A stretch of DNA of 62,832 bases, the filler included. It is 4 parts of 4 records of this genome, joined end to end, with 100 filler letters (N's around TTAATTAATTAA, not from the genome) between each part and the next. Parts side by side here need not be neighbours in the genome. Positions count along the whole stretch, not along the records: positions 23,869 to 45,111 come from DRR378314_2517; positions 45,212 to 62,832 come from DRR378314_2520; 2 more parts are not named here. One strand, written 5' to 3'. The notes under the pieces are model-generated. The model made no database searches and had not been told where the DNA came from. It was given only the letters and a program-made list of their open reading frames with translations. Of the stretch, positions 42,621-55,974 are shown piece after piece. The position numbers and the translations under genes are program-made. Position 1 is the first letter of the stretch, and each line of letters begins with the position of its first letter.

Positions 42621-45111
42621 ATGCAGTCTAATTGCTTTATTACTTGATTTAGCGTCGACTCTTTTAAGAGTTCAGTTGCTGGCATCGGTTTGGCAAAGTA
42701 ATAACCTTGAAAATCGTGACAGCCCAGCTTGTTTAGAAACTCTATCTGCTCAAGCGTCTCAACACCTTCAGCAATACAATAAAGCCCCAAGTTCTCAGCA
42801 AGCAAGTAAATTGTTTTGATAATTGATTCATTTGAAGCGTCAGAGCCGATATTTCTGACAAAACTCTGGTCTATCTTAATAACATCAATTGGAAATTGAC
42901 TTAAATAAGTCAATGAAGAGTAGCCAGTACCAAAATCATCAAGTAATAACTTAAACCCTGCATTTCTCAGTGAATGTAATTGTTTTGATGCTTTTTCTTT
43001 GTCTTCTAGCAAGGTGTTTTCAGTGATCTCTAACCGCAGTTGAGATGGCTTAATATGATGACGGGCTAAAATTAGAAGCAGTCGCTCACTTAGATTAGAT
43101 TTCAAAATGTGTACCGGTGATAAATTTAGCGAAAGATAAAATCGAGGATTTGAGCGCAGTAACGAAGAGAGCTCGCTTAAAGCTCTGTCTAACGCTTGTT
43201 CAGTCAACACATCAATTAAGCCTGCTTCCTCTGCGATAGGAATAAACTTAGCGGGAGATACAAAGTTGTCCTCGTGTTTCCAACGCATCAATAACTCAAC
43301 CGCATTGATTTTTTTAGTTTTATTATTAACTATGGGTTGATAATAGTTGAATAATAAATCATCTTTAAACGCATCCTTCAAAGCATTTTCTAACAGGAGT
43401 TTTTGGGTGATTTTGTCATTCATTTGCTCTGTGAAAAACTTAAAGCCATTTCTACCTGCTTGCTTAGCATGCATCATGGCAATATCAGAGTGGCGAATTA
43501 ACATATCCGCAGAGTCGGCATCAAAAGGGTAGAGAGCAACACCTATACTTGCTGAAATATTAATAGCAAAGTCATTAATTTCGACCCTTTTTCCTAATTC
43601 TTCGGAAACGGATTTAACCAAAGTACTCAATGATTGAGGTGATTTTAAGTTTTGTATCAATAATAAAAACTCATCGCCGCTTTGTCGGCCTAAGATAGAG
43701 TTTTTACTCAACATATTATTTATACGCTGGGTTATATTACAAAGAAGCTGGTCTCCTACTGCATGCCCAAAGGAGTCATTTACAGGCTTAAATTTATCTA
43801 AATCGATAAATAGTAAGGCTGCTAGAGTTTCATTCTTATTGGCATCTTGAATGGCTTCATTGATTTTCTGGTACATCAAAGTACGGTTAGGTAACTTTGT
43901 TAAAGGGTCGTAATTCGCTAAATAGCGTAACTCGTTCTCTGCTTGCTTTTGCTCTGTTAAGTCTGAAATAACAATCACGTAATAACTGATCGCTTTGGTT
44001 TCCTTTGCAATAGCAGTAATACTGATATGGATAGGGTGTGACGGGTTTGTTTTACTTTTTATATATGCATCACCACGCCAGTTTTCTTTTGCCTTTAAGG
44101 TTCGTAGTACATTGATATATTCAACATATTGACGTTTACCTAAAGCGGATAAAAATCGTTTTATATTGAGCTTATCTGCATCTGAATTAATGGAGAATGC
44201 ATCTGAAAAGCTGTTATTAACAGAAATAGGCTGATAATTACTATCTAAAATGAGTAGCCAATCATTTATTTGGCTAAAGGCCTCACCTAAAACTGCAGCA
44301 AGTTGGGCGTTGGCTCTGTGTTGGGTAATGTTGGTGTAAATACCAGAGACCTTGGTTATTTCGCCCTGTTCGTTTCTTTGTGATACACGGCCTGTATCTT
44401 GATACCAAAGCCAATGCCCTTTTGCATGTTTAAGCCTGTATGTAGCTTGCCATTGATTATTACTATTATTAGAGACGAATTCGTTCCATGCTTTTATTAA
44501 ATGTGCTTTATCATCTGGATGTATTAGTTGGCCAAATTCTTTAAAACCGACTTCATGACTAGTCACCTGATACCCAAGCTCTTGGGTTAAACGGTTTTGT
44601 GAGCCTGAACTTGTGCTTAAATTGACCTCCCATACCCCACTATTACTACTGTTTAGTGCCAAGTCTGTTTGTTGTTGAGATAGTAAAACTCGCTTGTGGG
44701 AGTTTTCGATTGTGTTGCGTTTTGTTCTGTATTGCCAAACAATAATAAAAACAATAGATAAAGAAATTAGTCCATATACAAATAATGCCAATGGCGAACG
44801 CCACGGCGCATAGGCAACATTAAAATTAAGCTTTGTGGGTTTGCTCATACCATTGCTATTGTTAAGGTAAGCAGCAATAGAGAGTTGATAGTTTCCTGGT
44901 GCAAGCTTTGTAAAAAAAACTTTATTCTTTTTGTACTTATCATAAGTAAACGAAGTAGGGCCTTTCAAAGTTACCTTGTAGCTTGTTTTGTCGATATTTA
45001 AAAAATCAAAGTTAGAGAAGCTAACTTCCAAGCCCATATCTTCAGCACTTAATTGTAATACGTCGTTTTTATATTGTTCAGGGTGATAATTAAGATCCCT
45101 CGAAAATAATT
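42617..45111 (-). CDS. PAS-GGDEF-EAL c-di-GMP enzyme with an extracytoplasmic N-terminus, 5'-truncated
   Basis: Y_Y_Y-like LAPGNYQL segment, TM, PAS (IHPDD), SGDEF, ELLMRW and DDFGTGYSS. The frame continues to the spacer. Confidence 0.93.
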
Positions 45112-45211
45112 NNNNNNNNNNNNNNNNNNNNNNNNNNNNNNNNNNNNNNNNNNNNTTAATTAATTAANNNNNNNNNNNNNNNNNNNNNNNNNNNNNNNNN
45201 NNNNNNNNNNN
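45112..45211. other. Artificial contig spacer
   Basis: 44 N + TTAATTAATTAA + 44 N. Confidence 0.99.
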
Positions 45212-45252
45212 TTTTTTTTTTCTTTTGTTCGTTTTTTTTCGATTTCGTACAG

Positions 45253-45899
45253 TTCTTCGCCCTTCAAGTGGTTGCCTTTGTTTGCGATATTGTCTTGGGG
45301 ATGGTCAACTTCCTTGAGCTAGAAGCGCTTGATGATCAGAAGCTCTGCGATAAACTGAACGAGAATCTGGACAATTTCCGGGATAGCGATGATTCGTGCA
45401 AATCAAAGCGGAACTACTTTGTCAATTTCACGGCTGCGGCGCTCGGCGTCTCGCTCTGTACGTTGTGATCCGTAGTGGGCATCGATGTAATTTTCTTGTG
45501 GCGACGAGTGCGCGGCAGTCTACGCGCGCTGGATCCCTGTCGGGAGGTTGGTCCGCAGGCGCTCGCGTTTACCAGACCTGCCCTTGGATTGGCGCTATCA
45601 AGCGCCTCTATGCATTGGAAACGTCTGGAGGGCCATAATTTGGGGGAAAGGGGCTTTGGAAGGAAGAGAGCGTTGGCAGGTCACGTCCGAGCACGCAACA
45701 TACGCTGAGGCTCTTTTCGCGTGCGCTCGCTTGTATGTATGTATTTGTTGTTGATGATTTCTCTTCAAATCCTTGTTCGACTGCAGTCATTTGGGGCTTT
45801 TGCTTCATGTGTGGATTCCGATTCCAGCAAACTACGCGGCGTTTCAAGTCGGCAAGCGGTGGAGGAAGCCGTAATGCATCTCGCACTGAACTGGTTTAG
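45253..45899 (+). CDS. Last two exons of an unidentified eukaryotic membrane protein
   Basis: Polypyrimidine tract and AG precede exon 45253-45457; GTACGT donor; CAG acceptor; exon 45787-45899. Phases match (1). The product has two hydrophobic segments around a loop with two Cys (FFALQVVAFVCDIVLG...C...C...AALGVSLFIWGFCFMCGF). Confidence 0.6.
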
Positions 45900-46286
45900 G
45901 AGTATGCAGATTGGCGCGAGCAAGGGAACCACGGCGTGGTGCGGCGGTCGCCACGAGGCGCGTAAAGCGTGCTCGCTACGCGTGTTTTGGAAGCAAAGCG
46001 CAATCTCCGCACGGCACAGTTTCCGGGGTCATCAAAATGTATGATTATATTGTACACACATACATGCAATATGTAAGATTGAGAATGGCACGGTAGAACA
46101 CGAATTTTCCGCGCTTTACCAAGCAGTGAAGTGCAATGCACCGCGAGACTCCATCGATTGACGCCATCGACCACGCGCAGCGAGGTGGTTAGTGACTATA
46201 AATCGGCGCCCAAACTCTACCGTCCAGAACTGTCGCGCACGAGCACAAAAAATTAACGCGGTTCATCCAATATATACTTTCGCCAC

Positions 46287-46943
46287 CTAGCGAAGACGCG
46301 GTTTCTTCTTAAAGTTCGACGCGAGGTTCGCATGGGACGCGCCTGGTTTCACAGGGTGTGGTACGTCGTCGCCAAGCGCTTTTGTGCGGCGCACGCCCGG
46401 CGCTTGCTTCCGAGCCTGCACAACACAAGACGCGAAGCGCGCCGTACGAGGGAGGACTCTTTCCGGAATAAGAATAGCAGAAAGTAACCAATTCAACAGA
46501 GCAGCACTACAACCAACGTGTGAAAACGAATACGGCAGCCGAAATACGGTGAAGATGAATCGCGGCGGAAAGGTGCAGCAAGTAACCAGGGAGAACAAGG
46601 AGAACAACAGATGGCGCAAAAGAGCGTCAGTCGCAACACGACAGCCATAAGCTCACCGACGCGCGCGCTATCCAGTGCCAAAGACATGCCTCCACCATAC
46701 CATAGGTTCCCCGCTTTGCCAAGGACCCTTAAGCATGCAAAGGCCGTATGCAATCGATGCAATTGTCAGAATACGTACGATGCTGCGCTCTCTGCGAGAT
46801 TTCGCGTCATTTAGAATCCCCTCGACAAGCCTGCGCAGCTCCGGTTCGCTAGTGTGCTCCGCCGAGAATAGGAGGCGAATGAGCTCAGCAGTGGATGCAG
46901 TCGTATTCGCCATCCCAACGCCTCCCTGCAACTTGCACAAAAT
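46287..46943 (-). CDS. Probable last two exons of an unidentified eukaryotic gene
   Basis: Exon 46943 (or 46925)-46779 with a GTACGT donor joins in phase 0 to exon 46415-46287 (CAG acceptor, basic end KKKPRLR*). The 5' exons are unresolved and no family is recognised. Confidence 0.35.
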
Positions 46944-47605
46944 CTAAAAGAGCGGAGATAGAACAAATCGGAAGTGTGCCAAACCATATAGAAAGTTATC
47001 AGCGACGCATATCCCCGAAGCATTGCGCCATGCCAAGGAATGAAGACCAAACATGCACAGCACAGCAGGGTTTGACGCCAAGGACAACTCTGGCAAAGGC
47101 GAGGCCACGCAAGGCATCTGCGTAACGCCGCTGCCAAAACCGTGAGTCCATTACCGGGAAAGCGCTATTGCGATCAACATATAAAAAGAGGGCGAACATT
47201 CATGCGGATGGAATTCGCGTACATTCCTTCAGTGTTTGTGCGAGAGTGCAACGGGGAACTTTTTCGCGGCGTGAAAAAAAGCCACGGCGGAGAGTAGCGC
47301 GTCGCGGCTCAGACTTTGGCTCAGCCATCGGGCAGCAGTGCTTCGCCAATCAATCAACTAGAGCAATCCGTAAGCCTACTGGATCGAAGGACTTTTGCAT
47401 TATTGATCACTTGTGCTCGTCCGCACCTACCCATTTCCTCGGTGCGGGAACCAGCCCCAGTGCGCCAGCCGCTCGTTCGCTCGGCAATCAAAAAAGCTCT
47501 CCTTGGGAGGTTGTTGGTAACTCTACGCAGCTGTGCTCACGCAGCATCAGCAGGTCATTGTGCGCAGGGCTGAGGGCTGAGGGCGCCACCTAGCATAAAA
47601 ATAGC

Positions 47606-49226
47606 ATGGCGCAGTGGGTGCGATGGAGGATGCTCTGGGCGAACGTAAAGCAGTGGACGCAGCCATTCTGGGACGTCGCGTCCGGTTCCCAAGCGGCGCT
47701 GTGGAGAAGGTGCGTGCCATATGGGTGATCGCACGCCGTGCTGCGCAGCTTCAAGCGTGAGGCACCGCAAGCTGACGCGCCGTGCACAGGCGCTGCACTG
47801 ACAACCGCCCTCGAGCGTGCGCCGGTTGTGGACTCCTGTATGCAAGCGCTGAATACAACTCTGGCACTCTTAGCCATTACAGTGCTTCATCAGCGCAAGA
47901 ATGCAGCCGGCTATCTGGTAGGAGGAAACGAATGCGCTACGTACGGGAGGTTTTTGCTCCTACCTGATTGTTTGGGCGCTGCACACTACTCGGTCGCCTT
48001 CGGAGCACTGGGCACAGTGCCCGACGCCACAGGACGCTGCAAGAACGCAGCCCTTGCCACCAACGGCTAGCGCTCCTACCTGTGCAGCATATGCAAGAGC
48101 GGTAATACATCCCCACTAGTCATGCATCGTCTAAGAAGAAGACGGTGTTGGCGCGCCTTTGTCGTGGTTGGCCGTTCGTGCGCGTACGGATTTGTTCTGC
48201 TGTTCTCCTGCAGGCTCATAACTTCTGCAATCATTTTGTGCGTTGCCGGATACGTGTTCGCGTGGCTGAGGCGTACGCTCTCGCCTGGACGCGCCGGGGC
48301 GGAACAACGGCGGCGAGCAGCGGGTACATCACAATCGAGTAGTTCTCAGTCTTCTACATCGCGTGTTCAATCCTCGCGACGGACGCGGTCGCGCCAGAAG
48401 CTTTTCCTAACACTGGGAGAGGTGTGTGCTGCTGCTTGCAGCCGCGGTCGCTACGGGCGGCGGCGAAGCCAGGCGACGTCTCGGCGTGCCGGAAAGGAGT
48501 ATTGCATGCCCCTTACTTTGGGACCCAGTCTCGCTTCTTATTCTTTGCTTCTGATTTTCTCGCACCACGGTTTTGTATACGCGTGTTAAGGCGATTATTA
48601 AGCGGGGCGTATCCCCGTCCAAGGTCGAATTCCAGAGCGACGACGCAGTTGCTGCGCTCGCAGCTCTGTGCCGAGGTTTCGACGTGTACACAGTCGCGAC
48701 TGTGAGCAGCGACGAAGAAGAAGCCGCTGTCCGAGAGCAGCTTGGCAACGCGCCGGTACTTCAAGGCATTCTGTCAGCAAAGAAGTGCCTGTTTTGCTCT
48801 ACTGCTAATGGTCGTGCTGCGATGGCAAGGCAGTTGATGCCAGAGTGGTTCATTGACGGTACGAGTCGCAGAGACGTCGCCTCGCCGCGTGTGCGGACAC
48901 TGCGCGCTCGGCGCACCTCGACTTGCCATACAACACTTGGGGTGAGCGGCCTTGCACTGCGCAGAACAGGCGGACACGCTCCCCGTGTCTCGCGCTTCCT
49001 CACAGTCATCTGATTATCTCAACGCTGCTTCCTGCATTTTTTTGGTACTCGTGCATATTGTATTGTGAATATCACAGAGGATGCAGCTGTCGCAAATCTT
49101 CTGGAACGACACATCAAGAATACTGCGGTCGTTGTGCCTCCTTCGCGCACAAAGCTTGGTGTCCAAGCGTCCGCCAACGTCAGGGTATTCCAGTCGTTGG
49201 CAGAGGCGGCCGCAGCCGCCTTGTAG
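47606..49226 (+). CDS. PEX22: PEX22-like peroxin (plant-type), 4 exons, 242 aa
   Basis: Exons 47606-47709, 48214-48421, 48591-48858 and 49078-49226, all GT-AG and phase-compatible. One N-terminal TM segment. KCLFCSTANGRAAMARQLMPEWFID resembles the plant PEX22 motif KVLFCST..GR...VRQL.P.WHID (recalled, not searched). Confidence 0.72.
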
Positions 49227-49723
49227 CTGAAAACGTTCCAACGCGCATCAAAGCAGAAAGAACGATGTCCGTCTGGGCCGTGTATTCGCACAATGGAGGC
49301 GGGAAGAAGAGACATACATTTCATGCATATGCACAATAGGAGCGGCGCGCAAGTACGGAGGATGGGAACGCGATATACATACATGTCAACAGTGCTCGTC
49401 ATTGTGCAGCGCGACTCGCCCACACTCCCTCGACGAGGCGACAAGCCCCGTGGCACTCGCACGTGGAAACGTTCGCGGATAGTTTATTCTTTTGACACAC
49501 AATCTTTACATGGGGTATAGCACCATGGTAGCTGCTACGCTTAATGCTCCACTGCGCGGACATTGCGCAATCCGCGTGCAGTGCCAATCCCACCTGCGGC
49601 TCGCCACGGCACGCGCCGACAACTAGCACGAGAGCGCTTCGCCGCCTGGAGAAGCAGAGAGATCGCTCCAAGGCGACAAAGCAAAACCAACTATACATGC
49701 ACAGGACAAAACCGCATATGAAA

Positions 49724-52700
49724 TCACTGCGACGGCTCGCAAGCATCATGGCTCAGGCCTATCGAAGTCGCGAGTGCAGCAAAGTAGCACAGAGAAAGGA
49801 GCCAAAACTCCACATACGGAACACTGAGCTGAACCGACCACGAAAACACCATCCCGCACGTCAACGGGCCAAGGGCCCGCAAGAGCATCGAAAAAGATGC
49901 AGCCGTTCCTTGTGTCAATCCAATCCTGTAGTTCACAGCATGGCAATCACAATTAAGCGCCCAGCAGGATACAATGCAGTTGTTAATACGATTTTTTCCA
50001 CTAAGGAGCCGCGCCAAAGCCATACAGCGCGCATAGGCAACGGCGCGGCCTGCGGTCTTCGGGACAGGGAGCCACAGGCGCGCACTCATTCGCGGCAACC
50101 GACGTTGCCCTTCCAAAAACCCCGAAGGGAATTCCACCACAACAAGACGAGAATCAAAACCTCCAAAGGAAGATTCTCACGAAGCAGAAAGACCGCAAAA
50201 AAAGACACAACCATCTCGCAGTGCACAGAATGCGCATGAATCCGCACAGCGGCCAGGCTGGAGACACCGCCGCAGCCGAGCGCTGCAGCGGCAGCATTGC
50301 GAGGACCTATTCGTTCACGTACTCCCCAATCCGATCCTCAAAATAATCGTAGAAACGCGAGAACAAGTATCTCCCAACGTCAATATATTTCTATCTACAG
50401 ATGATATGTGGTACTTGCTTCATTCCAAGTGACGACGTACATTCCGCTCCTCGCCGCATTCGAAACCATCGCAGAAACCACCGGAAGCGCAGTCTGGAAC
50501 CCGGCCGCCAGAAAACCCAGCAGCACCCACCGCAACTCCGCCCCCCAAACCGCAAGAGAGGGCACCATTGCACTACAAATAGCAATCAAAAAGCACCCGC
50601 GCCTTGCATGCAGAAACACATACCAACAAGAAGCCGAGAGTCGCGTCAGCGCGCGCGCTTGAGCGATCGAGTACCACTGCAGATCGACGGCGACTGCCAC
50701 CGACCGCAATCCAGCATCATCTAGGCGCCCCCAGCTGCCCCGAAGTATATTCACATCTTGCATATTCTGACGAAACCTAGGAGTAGAGACAACATGTATC
50801 TCTTATAAAAGTACACAGAGATACTCAAGTATCGCATGGCGCTGCGCGCTAGTTGAATCACGCCGCTGTCGCGCACTTTGCCGCGCAAAACACACACTTC
50901 CACGCCGACGTTCTCACCACATTCGAATGCATCGCTTCGTAAGAAACACCAGCAGAGTGGCACGTACCGGAAAGTTCCTAGCAATCCCCATCGCCTCACG
51001 ATCCGCTTAAAGAATACAAGCTGCAAAGAAAACCATAGTACACGCAGCGGCCCAGCTCGCCCATCAGTCAATGCGCTGCGAAGAGGTCCAGAACTATCGA
51101 AACGAAGCAGCGGAGCGAAACGCGACACCTCCAATCGACGAGACAGCAATCTGGAACAACCCGCCTCTACCTGCCCCCAATATTCTAGGACAGGCACTCT
51201 GCTGTCATGATCCAGCGTCGGTATACCTGAAACAGTACTCCGCACAGTCCAAACGCGGTGTATGAAAGACCCATTGATTCCACGTCGAGCCCCAGACCGT
51301 GGTTTTCCACCGGCAGAGTAAAATAGAGGAGCATAGCGACTAGCATCGAACCTACTTGGGACAGTTCAAGAGAAGGGAAATTGCAAGGAAAAGGGGCAAC
51401 CGCGTAAACAATCGTCTGGCATATTTTGTATGGAACGCAATGTAGCGAAATTTGTCGCACGGCTCCTCTTTGTGGCAATCCGTCTTACTGCAGTCCGTTC
51501 TTCTGGCTGATAGTGGATCGCTTGCTGTGGCCATGGAAAGCGGCTCGGCGAAATAAACGCCACGGCCCAGCCCCACTGCAACCGCCAAGTCAGTCGCACT
51601 CCCACAAGTGGTTGCTCTCTTCGAAAAAAGCAAACAAAAGGGATTATGAATCCTGTATCATGCAAGGAAGAGCATAGGTTCCAGCAAGCTGTGTACCTGT
51701 GCGGCTGCATGGTGGAACTCTAGCCAACGACCCAGCCACAATTCACTGCGACAGAAAGATTCCCATTGATGACCTAAGCGCGAGCGCGAGAAATGATGGC
51801 GATGCATAAGTGAGACATAAAATCAGCATCTCCAGGGAAGTAACAACATTGTCAAAAACACCACGTCGTCCGTCTTGTCGCCCAGAAAACCGAAGCAAGA
51901 GGAAAGACCGCACAGAAGACAGCGCCGTTCTACCAAGGACGCACCATTTCCAAACGACCCCAGGCATTGGATGACAAAGAGCTTCCTAATCACAGGGTCG
52001 GAAAAGAGAAGCCGCATGCGCTGATACAACCCAATACGTTTTGTATCAGTATCTTGTGATGTTGCACATCCGCGCTGCTCCCCGCTCGCGCGGTCTTCGC
52101 TCCCATCCTCGAGCGAAGCCGCTGCGGCGCCGGGGTCATCGTTGACCACGGGACGAGCGGTCATCTCGACCTCATCTGGATACGCGACACACGAGAATCG
52201 CCACGTGGACAAATTATCATGGAAGCTAAGAAACCTTAATGTAATTCGTATAGTTCCCTCTCTGGCTATCACCATGAGCGGAAGAGAGGGTGCATAGGCG
52301 TCCTTAGCAGGAAAAAATATCATCACAGTCGTAGCTGCTGCAGCTGGCGCCGAGGCAAGGGAGCGGACAGAACGGCTACTTCCGAGGAGTGGTGAAATAC
52401 ACGCCATCGACTCGCAGATATAGGCGGCGTACATTCACCGCCACCACGTCTCCTCTTTCTATCGCGTTAGAAAATAATATCAGCTCGCGGAAAGTTCTGA
52501 CAACACTGCTGGACCACACGTGACTGGCGAGCCACCAGAGGCGCACAATGATGCGCGCGGAGCGGACGACGCGGCTGCTCCGCAGAACACGGAAACAGTG
52601 AGCGCACAAGAAGGCAATGCGCTCGCCACAGACAGAAGTACCACCTCGCACACATACCGACGTGATGAGGAACTGTATTCTATGCAGCCGCTCCAGTTTG

Positions 52701-55700
52701 CTATTCCAAAAACAATGGCTTGTCGGCAGAACGCTCGGAGCACGACGGAGGAGCGTGCTCCGCTCAAGGAGCCAGCGCGCTGGGAACCGATACGTACCGT
52801 GCAACCCCTTGTAGCGGCGCGGCCGCAGCCACGCAAACAGCTCCAAGACTGAGCGATCAGTGGGATGCGTCTCAGGGAGAAAGATAACTATTACTACAAG
52901 AATAACAGTAACTAAACTCGCCGCGATGAGCGCAGGGGGTAGGTAGGGCCTGTTGCTGTCCGCAGACGAAGCGAGAGCTGAGATTCCCGAGCTCACAGCG
53001 CGAGAGGTCGCAAACGATGCGCCTGCAAGCGTTTCGCACGCCAACCCACAAGAGTCGACCAACCGCAGAAGCGTCAATGAGTACGAAAACAGTGATACAG
53101 ATGGCATATACAATACGAGAAAAAAATGTGCGCCGTTTTGCAGAGATTCATGCCTGCTCCCTTCCGCGGAGGGCGACCCCACACGCGCCAGGGCAGAAGC
53201 ACAGCGGAGCGACGTGCAGACGGAAACCCATCTCGTCACCACGAGGATTCTTTCTTGACTACGAATCTACAGCAAGGTACCTACACGGCAACACATTTCC
53301 CCACATGATACTCACATGATGTTGCGTACGAGAAGGCTCTATCAATCAAGAGATGTGCGCGCTGTACGCGAGCTTCACTTTCGCAAAGTGGGAGTGCTGG
53401 GCAGCAGAGAGAAACCACCGTTAGCGCAAAAGAGCTTCCACTTCAGGGAAGAACCAAGCGTCACAAAAAAAAAGTAAATTAAATCTACTCCGCCCCTCGA
53501 GCAACCGTTATCGGATACGTAACATTCGCAATCCCTCGGGTCTATCCTTGATATTGCACTTGCCAGGTGGACATGCTCGTGACAGTCATTATCCCGCGTG
53601 TGTGCAGCCGCGCGTACCAAGGTACGCAAACGCAACGGATCGCGTTTCCCCGCGCGCAACGTCCGAGAGTGCAGCTCTCGTCAGGCCAATGTTGCTGTAC
53701 AACACAGAACGCGAACAACATACAGGAGAGAGAGAGAGAGAGAGAAACATTAAATGCAGAGTACCAAGGTGTTGGCATTGGAGGGATGCGAGTCTCCAGA
53801 GTTTGCAGCTACGCGAATCGCCGCGCGTGCGCACGGCCCTACAGCAGCTGTTCTCGCGCGCGCGCCGCAGAGGCCACAGCGAAGCGTTTCACGCGCAAGA
53901 CAAACCTCGTGAGAACTCCTGATCACGGTCGATACGCATCGAATTGCACCATCAAATACCATCGAAAGCGTCCCTCAATTCCGTTAGAAGTCGTTATATT
54001 CAGCAAAAGAGCTCGAAAAGGGAATAGGCATGGAAATAGTAACCAAGGAGTGCTGAATCCGCCTGGCAAGTGCACATTGCCATAGGCAATCGCGAAATCG
54101 TCGCGTTGCAACACACTATCCTCTGTGCAAAAAAATCATCATAGCTAAATAGTAGGTATACAACAATCAATGATTCGATCAGCATAATTAGGCAACGTAC
54201 CGGCGGTAGCACTGATGGCAAGCGCATACCAGTATGATGGAACAGAAACGATGAGCAGCGTCGCAGCCAGCGATACGCACAAGCCAAACACGAGAAATGG
54301 CTTGCGCCCGTATTCATCGGAAGCATGTCCGATAAAGAACGAAGAGAAAAAAGAGAATAACATGCGCGATGATGTGAAATATCCTACATCAGCACACAAA
54401 AAAAACGAGAACGGAGAAGACCAGCGCAGCGTGTAGCGACGGAAACAAAACCATGGCACATTCGTCAAAGGGCAAACAACAAACCAGACGACGGACGACA
54501 TCGCGTAGCCTTACGAACGCAGAGAAAACCCGGCAACAGCGACTACAGGCACATTGATTATTGGTGTGTGTAATTCATTACCGCACTCGTCTGCTTTCGG
54601 CTCGCGATTTCTCCTCGCAAAACAAAAAAAGACCTCGGACACCACCAAAGGACACCGTGCGAAGAAAACGACGTCGCAGATTCGACAGCATCAGCAGGAA
54701 AAAACTCAGGAGTACGACAGACTCTGGAAGGGTACAGAAACCCTCCGAGCATCGTTTCTACCGATCATGGACTCTGAGACACAAGAGCCTCGCACAGTGG
54801 CAGCAAGAGTTGATCCCACGCGCAAGAAAGAAAACGTATGCTCGGAAAAGTCGTACTGTCGCTGCGCGAAATGGTGCACATACCTACATAGTCTCCGATA
54901 TCCTCTTCAGGAACATCAAACTTGCGCCGCAGCATATCTACATAGTTACAGCCCATGGCGATCTCGCATATGCAGTGAGCCAACCGGCGTTCAGTATGCA
55001 TATCGCCACGGACCCGCATGACGCTTGCACTCCCGAGGTAACAGGATAGCGCCAAAGAGAGTGTGTGAGAGAGAGGGAGGGAGAGAGTATGAGGAGCTTC
55101 GCCTCCTGCATGAAAAACACATGCTCGTCGCTCTTGCGCACCAATGGGGACGTACCCGGTAGAAGAGGGACGAAAACGGTGACCGACATTGCATCGACTA
55201 TAACAATAGAATATAGGAGCAAAATTACTCGCCATTCGCCATCGACCTTTGTCGGCGCATCCGCAGCCTACCGGAAAGCAAGTTGCCCGCCCCAGAGTGA
55301 TTGGTTGCGGTGAACGACGCAAGCCGACCGCAAGCAAGGACGGCGTGAAACAGAAGACGAAGAAACAGCTGAGCACACGATCTGCTGTGTGTTTCTTTTT
55401 TTCAGAACTGTGCCAGTATCATACTGTACACGCGATAAATTTTCAATCGCTTTCATTGTCTTCGTGTGTAGGTGCAGAAGAACACGAAATGAGAACGATA
55501 CCAGCTGGCCGGCGGCTGTTCACGGGATGTGCGCGTGCGCGCCTGGTGCCCGCGGAAGCAGCCCTTGCTCACCCACGCCCGCTCGGCTGCCGAAGCGCGC
55601 CGTGAGCGAGCGGCGAGCAGCGGTTACACTGTGCGGCGGGCGCCACACGCCAAGCTCCCGCATCCGCCTGCCGCAGCATCCTCTCCGAGAATATATAAAT

Positions 55701-55974
55701 AAAACATTTCATATTTTGTACGCTTGATGACAAAGGGGTCAGACAAGCGGCCCAGATATTGTCTTCAGGCGGAGGGCGTTCGTTCCTCGCGCCGCGGCAA
55801 CGTGCTCAGCATACACGTGTGCGCGCTCCAAGCCAAGGCGGAGCGCGAACGGAAGGCGCTTCTGCCGCTGCTTACCTCGATCTCGTTCGCATTCGCCAAA
55901 GTCACCACATGCTTGATCTTATCACTCTCTTCGTCAACAATTTCTGTTTCGCGGAGCGCTGAATGGGAAGGCAT
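49724..55974 (-). CDS. MFS transporter (DHA1/ZIFL-like), 12 exons, 511 aa
   Basis: Exons 55974-55876, 55267-55156, 54937-54884, 54383-54201, 53918-53906, 53694-53618, 53022-52798, 52175-51945, 51351-51227, 51020-50968, 50602-50441 and 49925-49724; all GT-AG, 1536 nt in total. Motifs EEDIGDYVG, GHASDEYGRKP, FLPET and RALGP. Confidence 0.85.
53726..53745. repeat. (GA)10 microsatellite in an MFS intron
   Basis: Reads as (TC)n on the coding strand, about 30 nt upstream of the exon 6 acceptor. Confidence 0.9.

Noticed and set aside
42617..45899. Bacterial genes next to intron-containing genes as horizontal transfer
   Set aside because: The two blocks are separated by an artificial spacer.
52520..52852. 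Protein-like plus-strand ORF and a GTGATGA (box C-like) motif in MFS intron 7
   Set aside because: No splice support or family motif, no suitably placed box D, and antisense to the host gene.
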